DNA of 49,834 bases. Origin: Vicinamibacterales bacterium (lineage in GTDB: Bacteria; Acidobacteriota; Vicinamibacteria; Vicinamibacterales; 2-12-FULL-66-21). How positions within the stretch are numbered: position 1 is the stretch's first letter; every line of letters begins with the position of its first letter. Positions 35,735-44,880 of this stretch are shown in pieces. The position numbers and the translations under genes are program-made. The notes below the pieces were generated by a model that did no database searches, was not told the origin of the DNA, and was given only the letters and a program-made list of their open reading frames with translations. The DNA is taken from NCBI GenBank assembly GCA_051986585.1, contig JBPYFA010000297.1:1-49834 (forward strand), written 5' to 3'.

Positions 35735-36955
35735 AAACCGGGAACTGGCAGCTGGACTCGCCAGCATCCCCAGCACCGGTCCCGCCATGCACGTCGTCAT
35801 CAGCGCCATGATCACCATCATCGTGTACATCTGCGGCGAGAGGATTCCCAGGTCGTAGCCGATGTTCAGGACGACGAGCTCCATCAAGCCGCGTGTGTTC
35901 ATCAGCGCGCCGAGTGCGATCGCATCGCGCCACGCGAATCCGTAGAACCGCGCCGCAACCGAAATCGCGCCGAACTTTCCCGCAACAGCGGCGACAAGAA
36001 CCAGGCCGCAGGCGATCCACGCCTCCGCTGTCAGCTGACCAACCTCGGTTCGCAAGCCCGCATACGCAAAAAACAACGGCAGTAGCAGCGTCGACGTCAG
36101 CGGCTCGATGGCATCCCGCACCGGCGCGCGCAACGACGCGGCGCCCGCCACCGCCACCCCGGCGATGAAGGCGCCAAACAGCGCATGCACGCCGATTGCT
36201 TCAGTGGCCAGCGCGAGAGCGAAGAGAAAGACAAGCGCGCGAAGCAGCGATCCCCGCGGAACCGTTCCTGCGCGTGCCTGACCGAATAACCGGGCAGCTC
36301 GGGGCCTGACGACAACCAGTGCGAGCGATGCGACAACCGCCGTCAAGGTGACGGCCACCAGCGGCGCGTGGAAGCCATTCCCCTGCCCAATTGCGAGCGC
36401 CAGCGCGAGCAAGCACCACGCCGTGACATCGTCGATGGCGGCACAGCCGATCGCGGTGTTGCCAAGATCCGTTTCTTTCAGGCCCCGCTCCACCAGAATC
36501 CGCGCGAGAACCGGAAACGCCGTGATGCTCATCGCGATGCCGATGAACAACGCGAACGTCAGATACGGAACGCCGACCGGCGCATAGCGATCGTGAAGGT
36601 AGAACGACAGCGCGAAACCAAGTGCAAACGGCACGATGATTCCCGCGTTGCTGATGAAAACCGTCGCGCGGGCGCGGCGGCGAAGGCGTTCGACGTCCAC
36701 GTCCATGCCGACAGTGAACATGAAGAGGACGACGCCGAGCTGGCTGATGAGATAAAGAGGAGGCAATGAAGCCGCCGGAAACAGGCGAGTTTCCAGCGAC
36801 GGCGACAGCTGGCCGAGAAGCGATGGCCCCAGCAGAATTCCGGCGAACATCTCGCCGATGACCGCCGTCTGTCCGAGCCGCCGGAACGCCAGCGCCGTGA
36901 TCCGGCCGGCCGATACGATGACGATGATTTGGACGAGAAGAACCGCCAGCGGCAT
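35714..36955 (-). CDS. Cation:proton antiporter (CPA2, Kef/NapA-like)
   Basis: 413 aa and polytopic. The N-terminus LLVQIIVIVSAGRITALAFRRLGQTAVIGEMFAGILLGPS is typical of Na+/H+ exchanger family proteins. Confidence 0.85.
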   Translation of the reverse strand: MPLAVLLVQIIVIVSAGRITALAFRRLGQTAVIGEMFAGILLGPSLLGQLSPSLETRLFPAASLPPLYLISQLGVVLFMFTVGMDVDVERLRRRARATVFISNAGIIVPFALGFALSFYLHDRYAPVGVPYLTFALFIGIAMSITAFPVLARILVERGLKETDLGNTAIGCAAIDDVTAWCLLALALAIGQGNGFHAPLVAVTLTAVVASLALVVVRPRAARLFGQARAGTVPRGSLLRALVFLFALALATEAIGVHALFGAFIAGVAVAGAASLRAPVRDAIEPLTSTLLLPLFFAYAGLRTEVGQLTAEAWIACGLVLVAAVAGKFGAISVAARFYGFAWRDAIALGALMNTRGLMELVVLNIGYDLGILSPQMYTMMVIMALMTTCMAGPVLGMLASPAASSRFPVASPR

Positions 36956-37618
36956 TCACCTCTGGAGATCTCGTCCACCACTCGGAGCCGACAACAGTTC
37001 GTCGAGCGCCGCGGTGAACGATGCCGTTCTCTGCATGCCGCTGAGCGTTTTCAATACACGGACCTTGTTGTCCTTCTCGAGCGACCCGATTAGAAAGGTC
37101 GGCGTTCCAGCGACACCAGCCTTCACGCCGTCATTGAAGTCGCGTTTGATCTTCCCTCTGGCCGCCCCACTCATGCATTTCTGAAACGCCTCCGGATTCA
37201 AACCAAGGGCAGCGGCGTGAGCTGTCAAATCGGCTGGATCGAGCGCTTGTTGATTGGCGAAGAGCCGCGCATGCATGTCCCAGAATTTTCCCTGCTGGTT
37301 CGCGCATTCGGCCGCTTCGGCCGCCCTCAATGCTTTGGGATGCGACTCGTCCAAAGGAAAGTTGCGGTAGACGTAGCGGACTTTGCCAGGCTTGATGTAC
37401 TGCTCTTCGATCGCTGAGAACGTCTCACGCGCAAACGCGCCGCAGTACGGACACTGAAAATCGGAGTATTCAATCACGACCACTGGTGCGTCGGTACTGC
37501 CAAGAGATGGCGCGCCCTGAATCGAGAGCGTCGCCGGCGCGTTGCCGAGAACGGCCGGAACACCGCTTACGACCCAGGCCAGCAAGAGGATCGTCAGTGT
37601 TCGTGAAATTCGACTCAT
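36956..37618 (-). CDS. DsbA-family thiol:disulfide oxidoreductase
   Basis: Signal peptide plus FQCPYCGAF. Abuts the antiporter start. Confidence 0.85.
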   Translation of the reverse strand: MSRISRTLTILLLAWVVSGVPAVLGNAPATLSIQGAPSLGSTDAPVVVIEYSDFQCPYCGAFARETFSAIEEQYIKPGKVRYVYRNFPLDESHPKALRAAEAAECANQQGKFWDMHARLFANQQALDPADLTAHAAALGLNPEAFQKCMSGAARGKIKRDFNDGVKAGVAGTPTFLIGSLEKDNKVRVLKTLSGMQRTASFTAALDELLSAPSGGRDLQR

Positions 37619-37642
37619 CGCCTGTCTCCTGACGACTAATAG

Positions 37643-38689
37643 CTATTCCGCCGCGACGCGAGTTGGTTCGGTGGATATCGGCACGAACGGCAGCGCTTCG
37701 ACTTTTCCCGCCTGCGAGTCCACGACGACCACCGTCCCTGGCTCGACGTAATCGCGATGCACATAACCGAGTGCGATCGGCCTGCCGAGCGCCGGCGATT
37801 CAATTGCGCTCGTGATGGCGCCAACGTCGCGGTCCGCCGTTGCAATCCGATCGCCGGCAGCAGGTACCCGGCTGCCCTGCTCGAACGCGATCCCGACCAG
37901 CCGCCTGGCGACGCGACCATGGCCGCGATGCAGGACGCGAATGATGACCTCTTGCCCGACGTAACATCCCTTGGTCAGGCTAATCGCCCGATCTTCGATC
38001 CCCGCCTCCAGCGGAATCGTTTCGTCATTCATATCCACGCCGAAGAGCGGCCGGCCCGCCTCGATCCGGCACACTTCTGTGGACTCACCGCTCACGTCGA
38101 TTCCGCCGGCACGTCCAAGTGACGCGAGCAGATCCTGCTTGCGCGGCAGCTCCACGATGATGTCGAAGCCGCGAACACCGATATCGTCGCTTACGACCAC
38201 GCAGGCGGCCGTGCCGTCGAAATCCCAGGTGCGATTCGCATAAAGCGAAAGAGATCGCATCGTGTCGTCGAGCTCGCGCAATCGGTCGGGACGATCGCCG
38301 GCCAGCGCTCGTGCGACAACCGACAGCGCCGAGGGACCGTAAACGCCGATCTGTGCCGTCGCCGGAGACGTGTTCGCGATTTGCACGTCCTCGCTGAACA
38401 CAAACTGGGACCATCGCGCTGCAGTCGTCTCCGCGAGAGAGCCGTTGAGATCGACGAGCAAGTGGCTGCCGGTCTCAAACACCCGCATGTCGGTGATCAT
38501 CCGGCCCTGGGGCGTCAAGTAGGCACTGTAGCAGCCGGTGCCGGCGGTGAGCGCGGCGATGTCGTTGGTCAGCAGTCCCTGAAGGTAGGTTCGACGATCG
38601 GCGCCGGCGACAACGAGCCGGCCCCGCGATGACCGATCGACGATGCCGGCGGTGTGTCGAAGCGCGTGATATTCCGTCAGTAAGGACAT
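37643..38689 (-). CDS. ygfZ: YgfZ/GcvT-family folate-binding protein
   Basis: GIVDRSSRGRLVVAGADRRTYLQGLLTNDI and the KGCYVGQE signature. Confidence 0.8.
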   Translation of the reverse strand: MSLLTEYHALRHTAGIVDRSSRGRLVVAGADRRTYLQGLLTNDIAALTAGTGCYSAYLTPQGRMITDMRVFETGSHLLVDLNGSLAETTAARWSQFVFSEDVQIANTSPATAQIGVYGPSALSVVARALAGDRPDRLRELDDTMRSLSLYANRTWDFDGTAACVVVSDDIGVRGFDIIVELPRKQDLLASLGRAGGIDVSGESTEVCRIEAGRPLFGVDMNDETIPLEAGIEDRAISLTKGCYVGQEVIIRVLHRGHGRVARRLVGIAFEQGSRVPAAGDRIATADRDVGAITSAIESPALGRPIALGYVHRDYVEPGTVVVVDSQAGKVEALPFVPISTEPTRVAAE

Positions 38690-38715
38690 GTGCGGCGTAC
38701 TGGTATCCTGAATTG

Positions 38716-40395
38716 ATGCAATCAGTACGACATTTTACTGCGGTGGCGCTTGCCGCCACGTTGATAGCCGTCTACCCCGGCGCCTGGCGTGCGGGCGCGC
38801 AGACAGCGGCCCAGGAGACGGCGGCGACGCCCGGTGAGGGAGAGGTCGAGTTCACCGTTTTTCTAACAGGCACCCGCGTCGGCGTCGAGCACGTCCGTTT
38901 GGCGCGCGCTGGATCGACCTGGGTCATCTCGTCGACCGCGCAGTTTGGGGCGCCGCTCAGCATGACGGTCAACCGGTTCGAGGTGAAATATACGAGCGAC
39001 TGGCAGCCGCTCGAGCTGCACATCGAGGCGACGCAAGGAAATCGTCCGATGGCGCTGAACACCTCGTTTGGGGTCACCACTGCCATCAACGAGATCACGC
39101 AGAACGGCACGACCGGATCGAAGACCGACCAGGTATCGGCCCGCACCATCGTCCTTCCCAACCAGTTCTTTGCCGGTTACGAAGCCCTGGCAGCGCGACT
39201 GTCGCAGTCACAGCCGGGCACCGAACTCCGCGCCTACGTTGCGCCGCAGGCTGAAATCCCCGTGTCGGTTAAGAACGTGACGACCGAACAGCTTCCATCG
39301 CCGGCGGGACTGATAGCGGCACGGCGGTACGAGCTTGTCTTTCAGAATCCCGGGCGCCCGCTGGATGCGACGGTCACGATCGATTCCCGGGCGCGGCTGG
39401 TCAGTCTCGAGATCCCGAGCGCAGGATTGCGCGTGTTGCGTTCCGAGCTCTCCAGCGTGGCGGTACGCTCTGAACCGGTCAGGAACCCGAACGATTCGGA
39501 CGTGCTCATTCCTGCCACCGGGTTCAGCCTGGCAGGCACGCTCACGGTGCCCGCTGGGGTCACCAAGCTGCACCTGCCGGCTGTCGTTCTGGTCGCGGGT
39601 TCGGGTTCGGTCGATCGCGATGAAGTCGTCGCCGGGGTACCAATCTTTGCGCAGCTTGCGCGAGGCCTCGCCGACCAGGGATTCCTGGTACTTCGCTACG
39701 ATAAGCGCGGTGTTGGACAGAGCGGGGGACGAAGTGAACGGGTGACGCTCAGCGACTTTGCCGACGACCTCGTCACCGCGGTCAGATGGTTGGCGAAGCG
39801 CCCCGACGTCGATCCCAAGCGGATCGCCGTCGCTGGCCACAGCGAAGGGGGCGCCGTCGCAATGCTCGCGGCAGCACGCGAAAAGCAGATCGCCTCGTTG
39901 ATCCTGATCGCCGCGCCCGGCACTCGCGGATCTGACCTCGTGCTCGAACAGCAGCAGCATGCGCTCGATCTCATCAAAGCGACCGACGAAGAGCGCAAAG
40001 CCAAGATCGACTTGCAGACGAAGATCCAGTCGGCGGTGATGACCGATACGGGATGGGAATCCATTCCGCCGGACCTCCGCGTACAAGCCGACTCGGCGTG
40101 GTTCAAGAGCCTGCTTATGTTCGACCCGCAGAAGGTGATGCAGAGGATCGAGCAGCCAATTCTGATTATCCAGGGCGATCTGGATCAACAAGTCTTCCCG
40201 CATCACGCCGACCAGCTCGCGGCGCTCGCGCGCACGCGCAAGAAAGCTCCGCCGCCCGAGGTCGTGCATCTGCCGGGGATCAACCACCTGCTCGTGCCGG
40301 CCAAGACCGGGGACGTCGCCGAGTACGGTTCGCTTCCGGACAAGACGGTGACGCCAGTCGTTGCCAAGACGATTGCGGAGTGGTTGAAGAAGTAA
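38716..40395 (+). CDS. Secreted alpha/beta hydrolase with an N-terminal domain of unknown function
   Basis: Signal peptide MQSVRHFTAVALAATLIAVYPGAWRAGAQ. Nucleophile elbow VAGHSEGGAVAM. Confidence 0.8.
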   Translation: MQSVRHFTAVALAATLIAVYPGAWRAGAQTAAQETAATPGEGEVEFTVFLTGTRVGVEHVRLARAGSTWVISSTAQFGAPLSMTVNRFEVKYTSDWQPLELHIEATQGNRPMALNTSFGVTTAINEITQNGTTGSKTDQVSARTIVLPNQFFAGYEALAARLSQSQPGTELRAYVAPQAEIPVSVKNVTTEQLPSPAGLIAARRYELVFQNPGRPLDATVTIDSRARLVSLEIPSAGLRVLRSELSSVAVRSEPVRNPNDSDVLIPATGFSLAGTLTVPAGVTKLHLPAVVLVAGSGSVDRDEVVAGVPIFAQLARGLADQGFLVLRYDKRGVGQSGGRSERVTLSDFADDLVTAVRWLAKRPDVDPKRIAVAGHSEGGAVAMLAAAREKQIASLILIAAPGTRGSDLVLEQQQHALDLIKATDEERKAKIDLQTKIQSAVMTDTGWESIPPDLRVQADSAWFKSLLMFDPQKVMQRIEQPILIIQGDLDQQVFPHHADQLAALARTRKKAPPPEVVHLPGINHLLVPAKTGDVAEYGSLPDKTVTPVVAKTIAEWLKK

Positions 40396-40484
40396 GATCG
40401 ACTACACTCTCAATCGGAATTGGTGAAATGGTCGGCCGGTGAGTTGGGCGGGCGACGACTGAAAGACCGCGGAGACAGAGGAGC

Positions 40485-41618
40485 ATGAGAGTCGGCATCC
40501 CGAAAGAAACGTGGCCGGGCGAAACGCGTGTCGCGGTTATTCCCGCCGCGATTCCCGGTCTCGTAAAGTCGGGCCTCGAGGTTGCCGTCGAAGCTGGCGC
40601 TGGAATAGCGGCCGGGTTTCCGGACGAAGGTTATCGATCGCAAGGCGCAGCGGTTGTCCAGCGGCCCGAGCTGTTCAAGACCTCGGATATCGTGCTTCAA
40701 GTCCGAGCCACGCCGGCCGATCCGTCGCTTCTGCGAAGCGGACAAACGGTGATCGGTTTTGCCGACCCGCTGGGCAATCCTCAAGCGATTCGCCAGCTCG
40801 CCCCCACCGGCATCAATCTCTTTTCGATGGAGCTGATGCCTCGGATCACGAGAGCGCAAAGCATGGATGCGCTGTCGTCAATGGCGACCATTGCCGGCTA
40901 CAAAGGCGTGCTCCTTGCCGCGACGACGTTGCCGCGCATGTTCCCGATGCTGATGACGGCGGCGGGGACGATCTCGCCGGCCCGCGTGTTCATCATGGGC
41001 GCCGGCGTCGCCGGCCTGCAGGCCATCTCAACCGCCCGACGCCTGGGCGCAAAGGTCGAAGCCTACGACGTTCGCGCCGCGGTCAAAGAGCAGGTGCAGA
41101 GTCTTGGTGCGCGGTTCGTCGAGCTTCCGCTCGAGGCCGGGGACTCCGAGGACAAGGGCGGATACGCAAAGGCGCAGGACGAGTCGTTCTACAAGCGGCA
41201 GCGCGAGATGATGTTGAAAGTGGTGGCCGCCAGCGACGTGGTGATCACGACCGCGCTCGTCCCGGGCAAGCGGGCGCCGATCCTGTTGACGACCGAAATG
41301 GTCGAAGCGATGGCGCCTGGATCCGTCGTCGTCGATCTCGCAGCTGAGCGCGGCGGCAACTGTGAGCTGACCAAGCCGGACGAGCTGGTCGAGCATCGCG
41401 GTGTGACGATTATCGGACCATCGAACCCACCGGCGCTCGTTCCATATCACGCGAGTCAGATGTACTCGAAGAACATCACGACGTTTCTTGCCCATCTTCT
41501 CGGCAAGAACGGCGCAGCTCAACCTCCCCTCCCAATCAACAGCGACGACGAGATCACGAAGGAAACGCTGCTGACGCGCGACGGCGCCGTGGTACATGCA
41601 CGGGTCAGCGCTGCCTGA
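40485..41618 (+). CDS. pntAA: NAD(P) transhydrogenase subunit alpha part 1 (dI domain)
   Basis: MRVGIPKETWPGETRVAVIP, AQSMDALSSMATIAGYKGVLLAA, GAGVAGLQAI. SD GAGGAG lies upstream. Confidence 0.85.
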   Translation: MRVGIPKETWPGETRVAVIPAAIPGLVKSGLEVAVEAGAGIAAGFPDEGYRSQGAAVVQRPELFKTSDIVLQVRATPADPSLLRSGQTVIGFADPLGNPQAIRQLAPTGINLFSMELMPRITRAQSMDALSSMATIAGYKGVLLAATTLPRMFPMLMTAAGTISPARVFIMGAGVAGLQAISTARRLGAKVEAYDVRAAVKEQVQSLGARFVELPLEAGDSEDKGGYAKAQDESFYKRQREMMLKVVAASDVVITTALVPGKRAPILLTTEMVEAMAPGSVVVDLAAERGGNCELTKPDELVEHRGVTIIGPSNPPALVPYHASQMYSKNITTFLAHLLGKNGAAQPPLPINSDDEITKETLLTRDGAVVHARVSAA

Positions 41619-41635
41619 CCAACAAAACGAACACT

Positions 41636-41926
41636 ATGTGGATACTCAGGACCGCCGACGAAACTACCGACCCCTTCACCTTCCGCATTCTTCCCGGCGC
41701 AATCAAGACCATCGGGCGATCCACTGGCGCCCAGTTCATCGTCGATGCGGCGCTCGTGTCGCGCCTTCACTGTCGACTCAGCGCCGGGGCGACCGAGCTT
41801 CAGGTCGATGACCTCGAGAGCACAAACGGCACGTTCGTCAATGGCAAGCGCGTCCAGCGATCCACTCTGAAAGAGGGGGACCGGCTCGGCGTCGGCCGAG
41901 TTGAGCTGGTCATCAGCAAGGAATAG
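41636..41926 (+). CDS. FHA-domain protein (96 aa)
   Basis: IGRSTGAQFIVDAALVSRLHCRL...STNGTFVNGKRV. Confidence 0.85.
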   Translation: MWILRTADETTDPFTFRILPGAIKTIGRSTGAQFIVDAALVSRLHCRLSAGATELQVDDLESTNGTFVNGKRVQRSTLKEGDRLGVGRVELVISKE

Positions 41927-41932
41927 TCGTCT

Positions 41933-42577
41933 CTACCCGCCCGTAAGAAACGGATTGGTGCGCTTCTCGACACCCACCGTTGTCGGCTCGCCGTGACCGG
42001 GATAGACGACAGTTTCATCGGGAAACGCGAAGAGAACGCTTCGAATCGAATCCAACAGCGTCGCCAGATCGCCGCCCGGAAGATCGACACGCCCAATCGA
42101 GCCCGCAAAAAGCGTATCGCCGACAAAGAGTGTGCGCTCACGCTGCGTCTCGCGGCCGACCGCCAGACAGACGCCACCGGGGCAGTGTCCTGGCGTGTGA
42201 TGCACCCAGGCGCCGTAGCTGCCGAACCTCCATGGTCCGGAGCCGTCGTAAAAAAAGTCGATGTCGGGCTGCGGGTCAACTCGAAGGCCAAACATCTGCC
42301 CTTGTTGCAGGACGGCTTTGTAGAGAAACAGGTCCGCCTTGTGGAGGCCGACGGGCGCGCCCAGCGCCTTCTTTGCCGCGGCGACGCCCGTAATGTGGTC
42401 GATGTGGGCGTGCGTCAGCAGGATGTATCGGATCGTGAGCTCGTGATCTTCGACCGCCGCCAACAATTCGTCGACCTCGTCCCCTGGATCGATGAGCACA
42501 CCCTCCCGGGTGTCCTCGCACCCGAGAACAAATCCGTTCTTGAAAAACGGCGGAACCGCGCGGATCTCGAGAAGCAT
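41933..42577 (-). CDS. MBL-fold hydrolase (hydroxyacylglutathione hydrolase-like)
   Basis: LLTHAHIDHITG. Start at ATG 42577 (MLLEIRAVPPFF). Confidence 0.85.
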   Translation of the reverse strand: MLLEIRAVPPFFKNGFVLGCEDTREGVLIDPGDEVDELLAAVEDHELTIRYILLTHAHIDHITGVAAAKKALGAPVGLHKADLFLYKAVLQQGQMFGLRVDPQPDIDFFYDGSGPWRFGSYGAWVHHTPGHCPGGVCLAVGRETQRERTLFVGDTLFAGSIGRVDLPGGDLATLLDSIRSVLFAFPDETVVYPGHGEPTTVGVEKRTNPFLTGG

Positions 42578-42643
42578 GTCTGAAATCTGGAATTGGTTAA
42601 TCGGTGAGCCCCTTCTCCCGTCATTTTCGCATTCCTCGGTAAG

Positions 42644-43369
42644 ATGACGAACACTCCCTATACCGAAGCGCGGCGGGTCCACGATAGCCTTTTGGCAGCC
42701 ATCGAGAAACGGTGCCTGATCTGGATGGCCGGGCGGCTGCCCGCGTGGGTCAACTCCGATCATCTGACGATGCTCGCCGGGGTTGCGATGCTCGGCGCTG
42801 GCGTGTGCTATTGGGTTGGAACGCCGGCAGCGCTGCTGGTTTCCATAGTCCTACTGGCCCTCAACTGGTTCGGTGACAGCCTTGATGGCACGCTCGCGCG
42901 CGTTCGGCATCACGAGCGGCCGCGGTACGGCTTTTACGTCGATCACGTCCTGGACGCGTTGTGCATGCTGTTCGTGTTTGGCGGACTCATTCTCGGCGGA
43001 CACATCAGTCTCGCGATCGGTGCGGGATTTCTCGTTGCCTACTACCTGCTGCTCAACGAAATCGCCCTCGCGACTCACGCCGTGGGAGTGTTCAAAATCT
43101 CGTTCTGGAAGTTCGGTCCCACCGAGCTGCGAATTCTGCTCGCGTTGGGATCGATCCGATTGATGCAGTCGGATCTCGTCAGGCTGTGGGGCCACGACTA
43201 TCGCTTGTTCGACATCGGCGGTGCGATCGGGATCGTCGGCCTGGTGGTGACATTCATTGCCTCGGCGGTCGCGAACACGAGGACGCTCTACGCGGCAGAA
43301 CCACTGCCGCCGCATCGCGCCTTGCAGTTCGCGCCTCGCGGTTCGATCGAGCTTGAACCGCGAACCTAG
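42644..43369 (+). CDS. CDP-alcohol phosphatidyltransferase family membrane protein
   Basis: Motif GDSLDGTLARVRHHERPRYGFYVDHVLD (DGxxAR...G...D...D). Confidence 0.85.
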   Translation: MTNTPYTEARRVHDSLLAAIEKRCLIWMAGRLPAWVNSDHLTMLAGVAMLGAGVCYWVGTPAALLVSIVLLALNWFGDSLDGTLARVRHHERPRYGFYVDHVLDALCMLFVFGGLILGGHISLAIGAGFLVAYYLLLNEIALATHAVGVFKISFWKFGPTELRILLALGSIRLMQSDLVRLWGHDYRLFDIGGAIGIVGLVVTFIASAVANTRTLYAAEPLPPHRALQFAPRGSIELEPRT

Positions 43370-43536
43370 AACCCAGAACATAGAACCCAGACGTAGAACC
43401 CAGAAAGTAGAACCTACTGGAAACTGGAAACTGGAAGCTGGGAACTAAGCTGGAAACTGGAAGCTGGAAAACTGGAAACTGGAAACTGGGAACTAAACCG
43501 GAAGCTGGAAGCTGGAAGCTGGAAACTAAGCTGAAC
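43367..43536. repeat. Non-palindromic low-complexity array: about 3.5 copies of TAGAACCCAGAN(1-3) at 43367-43415, then a CTGGAAR array (43417-43536) organised in three blocks ending in GGAACTAA
   Basis: Read directly. It starts on the stop codon TAG (43367-43369). The CTGGAAACTGG motif is the complement of the 35690 hairpin arm. Confidence 0.85.
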
Positions 43537-43564
43537 TCCGAAGCCGCGCGCTCAGCGACTACGC

Positions 43565-43570
43565 TATGAT
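43565..43570 (+). promoter_or_regulatory. Candidate -10 box TATGAT exactly 6 nt upstream of ATG 43577
   Basis: The sequence reads GCTATGATCTGCAGATG, and no SD is possible. Confidence 0.4.
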
Positions 43571-43576
43571 CTGCAG

Positions 43577-43942
43577 ATGATTCTGGCCGCGGTCGACGAC
43601 CTCCTCTTCAGCTCGAAAATTCGAACCACCGCGAAACAGGCCGGCGTCGACCTGGTATTCGCCCGAACGCCGCCGGAAATTCTGGAGCAGGCGCGGAATC
43701 TCAAACCGTCGCTCTTGATCTTCGATCTGAACAGCGCCAAAGCCAACCCGATCGACACGATCACCCGGTTGAAGCAGGATGCGGATCTCTCCGCAATCCG
43801 AACGCTCGGCTTCGTCTCGCACGTCCACACCGGCCTCATCGACGCGGCGCGCCAGGCTGGAATCGATGACGTGATGGCTCGGTCCGCCTTCGCGGCGCGG
43901 CTGGCCGAAATCCTCGTCGCCGCGAGCCCGAGCCGGCCCTGA
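43577..43942 (+). CDS. Single-domain response-regulator receiver (CheY-like) protein
   Basis: Acidic pair AAVDD and putative phospho-acceptor LLIFDLN. The conserved Lys position appears to be Arg (VMARS). Confidence 0.7.
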   Translation: MILAAVDDLLFSSKIRTTAKQAGVDLVFARTPPEILEQARNLKPSLLIFDLNSAKANPIDTITRLKQDADLSAIRTLGFVSHVHTGLIDAARQAGIDDVMARSAFAARLAEILVAASPSRP

Positions 43943-44880
43943 TCACCGTCGAGGATGTTCGCGCGGCGGCGCGCAGGCTCGAGGGCCTTGTCCTGCGCAC
44001 TCCACTCCGGCGTTCCGCCTGGCTGTCGGACCTTGCCGGTACCGACGTCTTTCTCAAGATCGAGACGCTGCAGCCGACGTTCTCGTTCAAGCTGCGAGGC
44101 GCACTGAATGCGGTGCTCGCGCGCGGCAACCCGACGCGGCCGCTCGTGACCGCCTCCGCAGGCAACCACGGCAAGGCGCTCGCCTACGCGGCTCGGACCG
44201 CCGGAGTGCCGCTGACGGTCTACGTCCCCGACAGTGCTCCACGGTCGAAGAAAGACGCGATCCGGCAGATGGGGGCGGACCTGATCGCCTGCGCCGATTA
44301 CGACGAAGCGGAATCGAGAGCGAAGGCACATGGGGCCACCGGCGCGGCGGAATTCATTTCGCCATACTCACATCCGGACGTCATCGCGGGAGCCGGGACG
44401 ATCGCGCTCGAAATATTCGAGCAGGAGCCAGCGGTGGATTCGATCGTCGTGCCTGTCGGCGGCGGAGGACTCGTCAGCGGCATCGCCATAGCGGCCAAGG
44501 GGCTCCCACGCCAGGCCGAGATCGTTGGAGTGGAGGTCGAGGCGTCGTGCCCATTTCGCCAGGGACTCGCTCTCGGGCATATCGTCTCGATTGCCGTTCA
44601 ACCGACGCTCGCCGACGGTCTGAGCGGAAATCTCGATCCCGATACGGTGACGTTCGATATCGTGCAGGGGATGGTGGATCGAATGACGACGGTGACCGAA
44701 GATCAGCTGCGGCGCGCGATGAACGGCGTGATCAAGGAGGAGCGGCTGATCGCGGAAGCCGCAGGCGCGACCGCCGTCGCCGCCATCGTCGGCGGCGTGC
44801 TGCCGATCAGCGGTCGTCGAGCGGCAGTGGTCCTCTCGGGCGCAAACGTGGACCGTGAAGTGCTCGCATCGATTATTTGA
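43939..44880 (+). CDS. PLP-dependent threonine/serine ammonia-lyase family enzyme (PALP fold). Proposed non-canonical CTG (43939) or ATC (43942) start.
   Basis: ITVEDVRAAARRLEGLVLRTPL...LKIETLQPTFSFKLRGA (PLP lysine), SAGNHGKALA, PVGGGGLVSG. The homologous N-terminus lies upstream of the first ATG/GTG/TTG (44113) in this frame. Confidence 0.75.
   Translation: MITVEDVRAAARRLEGLVLRTPLRRSAWLSDLAGTDVFLKIETLQPTFSFKLRGALNAVLARGNPTRPLVTASAGNHGKALAYAARTAGVPLTVYVPDSAPRSKKDAIRQMGADLIACADYDEAESRAKAHGATGAAEFISPYSHPDVIAGAGTIALEIFEQEPAVDSIVVPVGGGGLVSGIAIAAKGLPRQAEIVGVEVEASCPFRQGLALGHIVSIAVQPTLADGLSGNLDPDTVTFDIVQGMVDRMTTVTEDQLRRAMNGVIKEERLIAEAAGATAVAAIVGGVLPISGRRAAVVLSGANVDREVLASII

Noticed and set aside
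5573-42763. Longer N-terminal extensions given by the ORF track for several genes: starts at 5573, 6130, 14495, 17777, 19346, 21087, 22224, 23781, 27001, 28682, 29279, 31612, 38629, 42763
   Set aside because: The extensions overlap neighbouring genes or repeats and lack family similarity. Internal starts give canonical N-termini or signal peptides, or fit SD or -10-N6 geometry.
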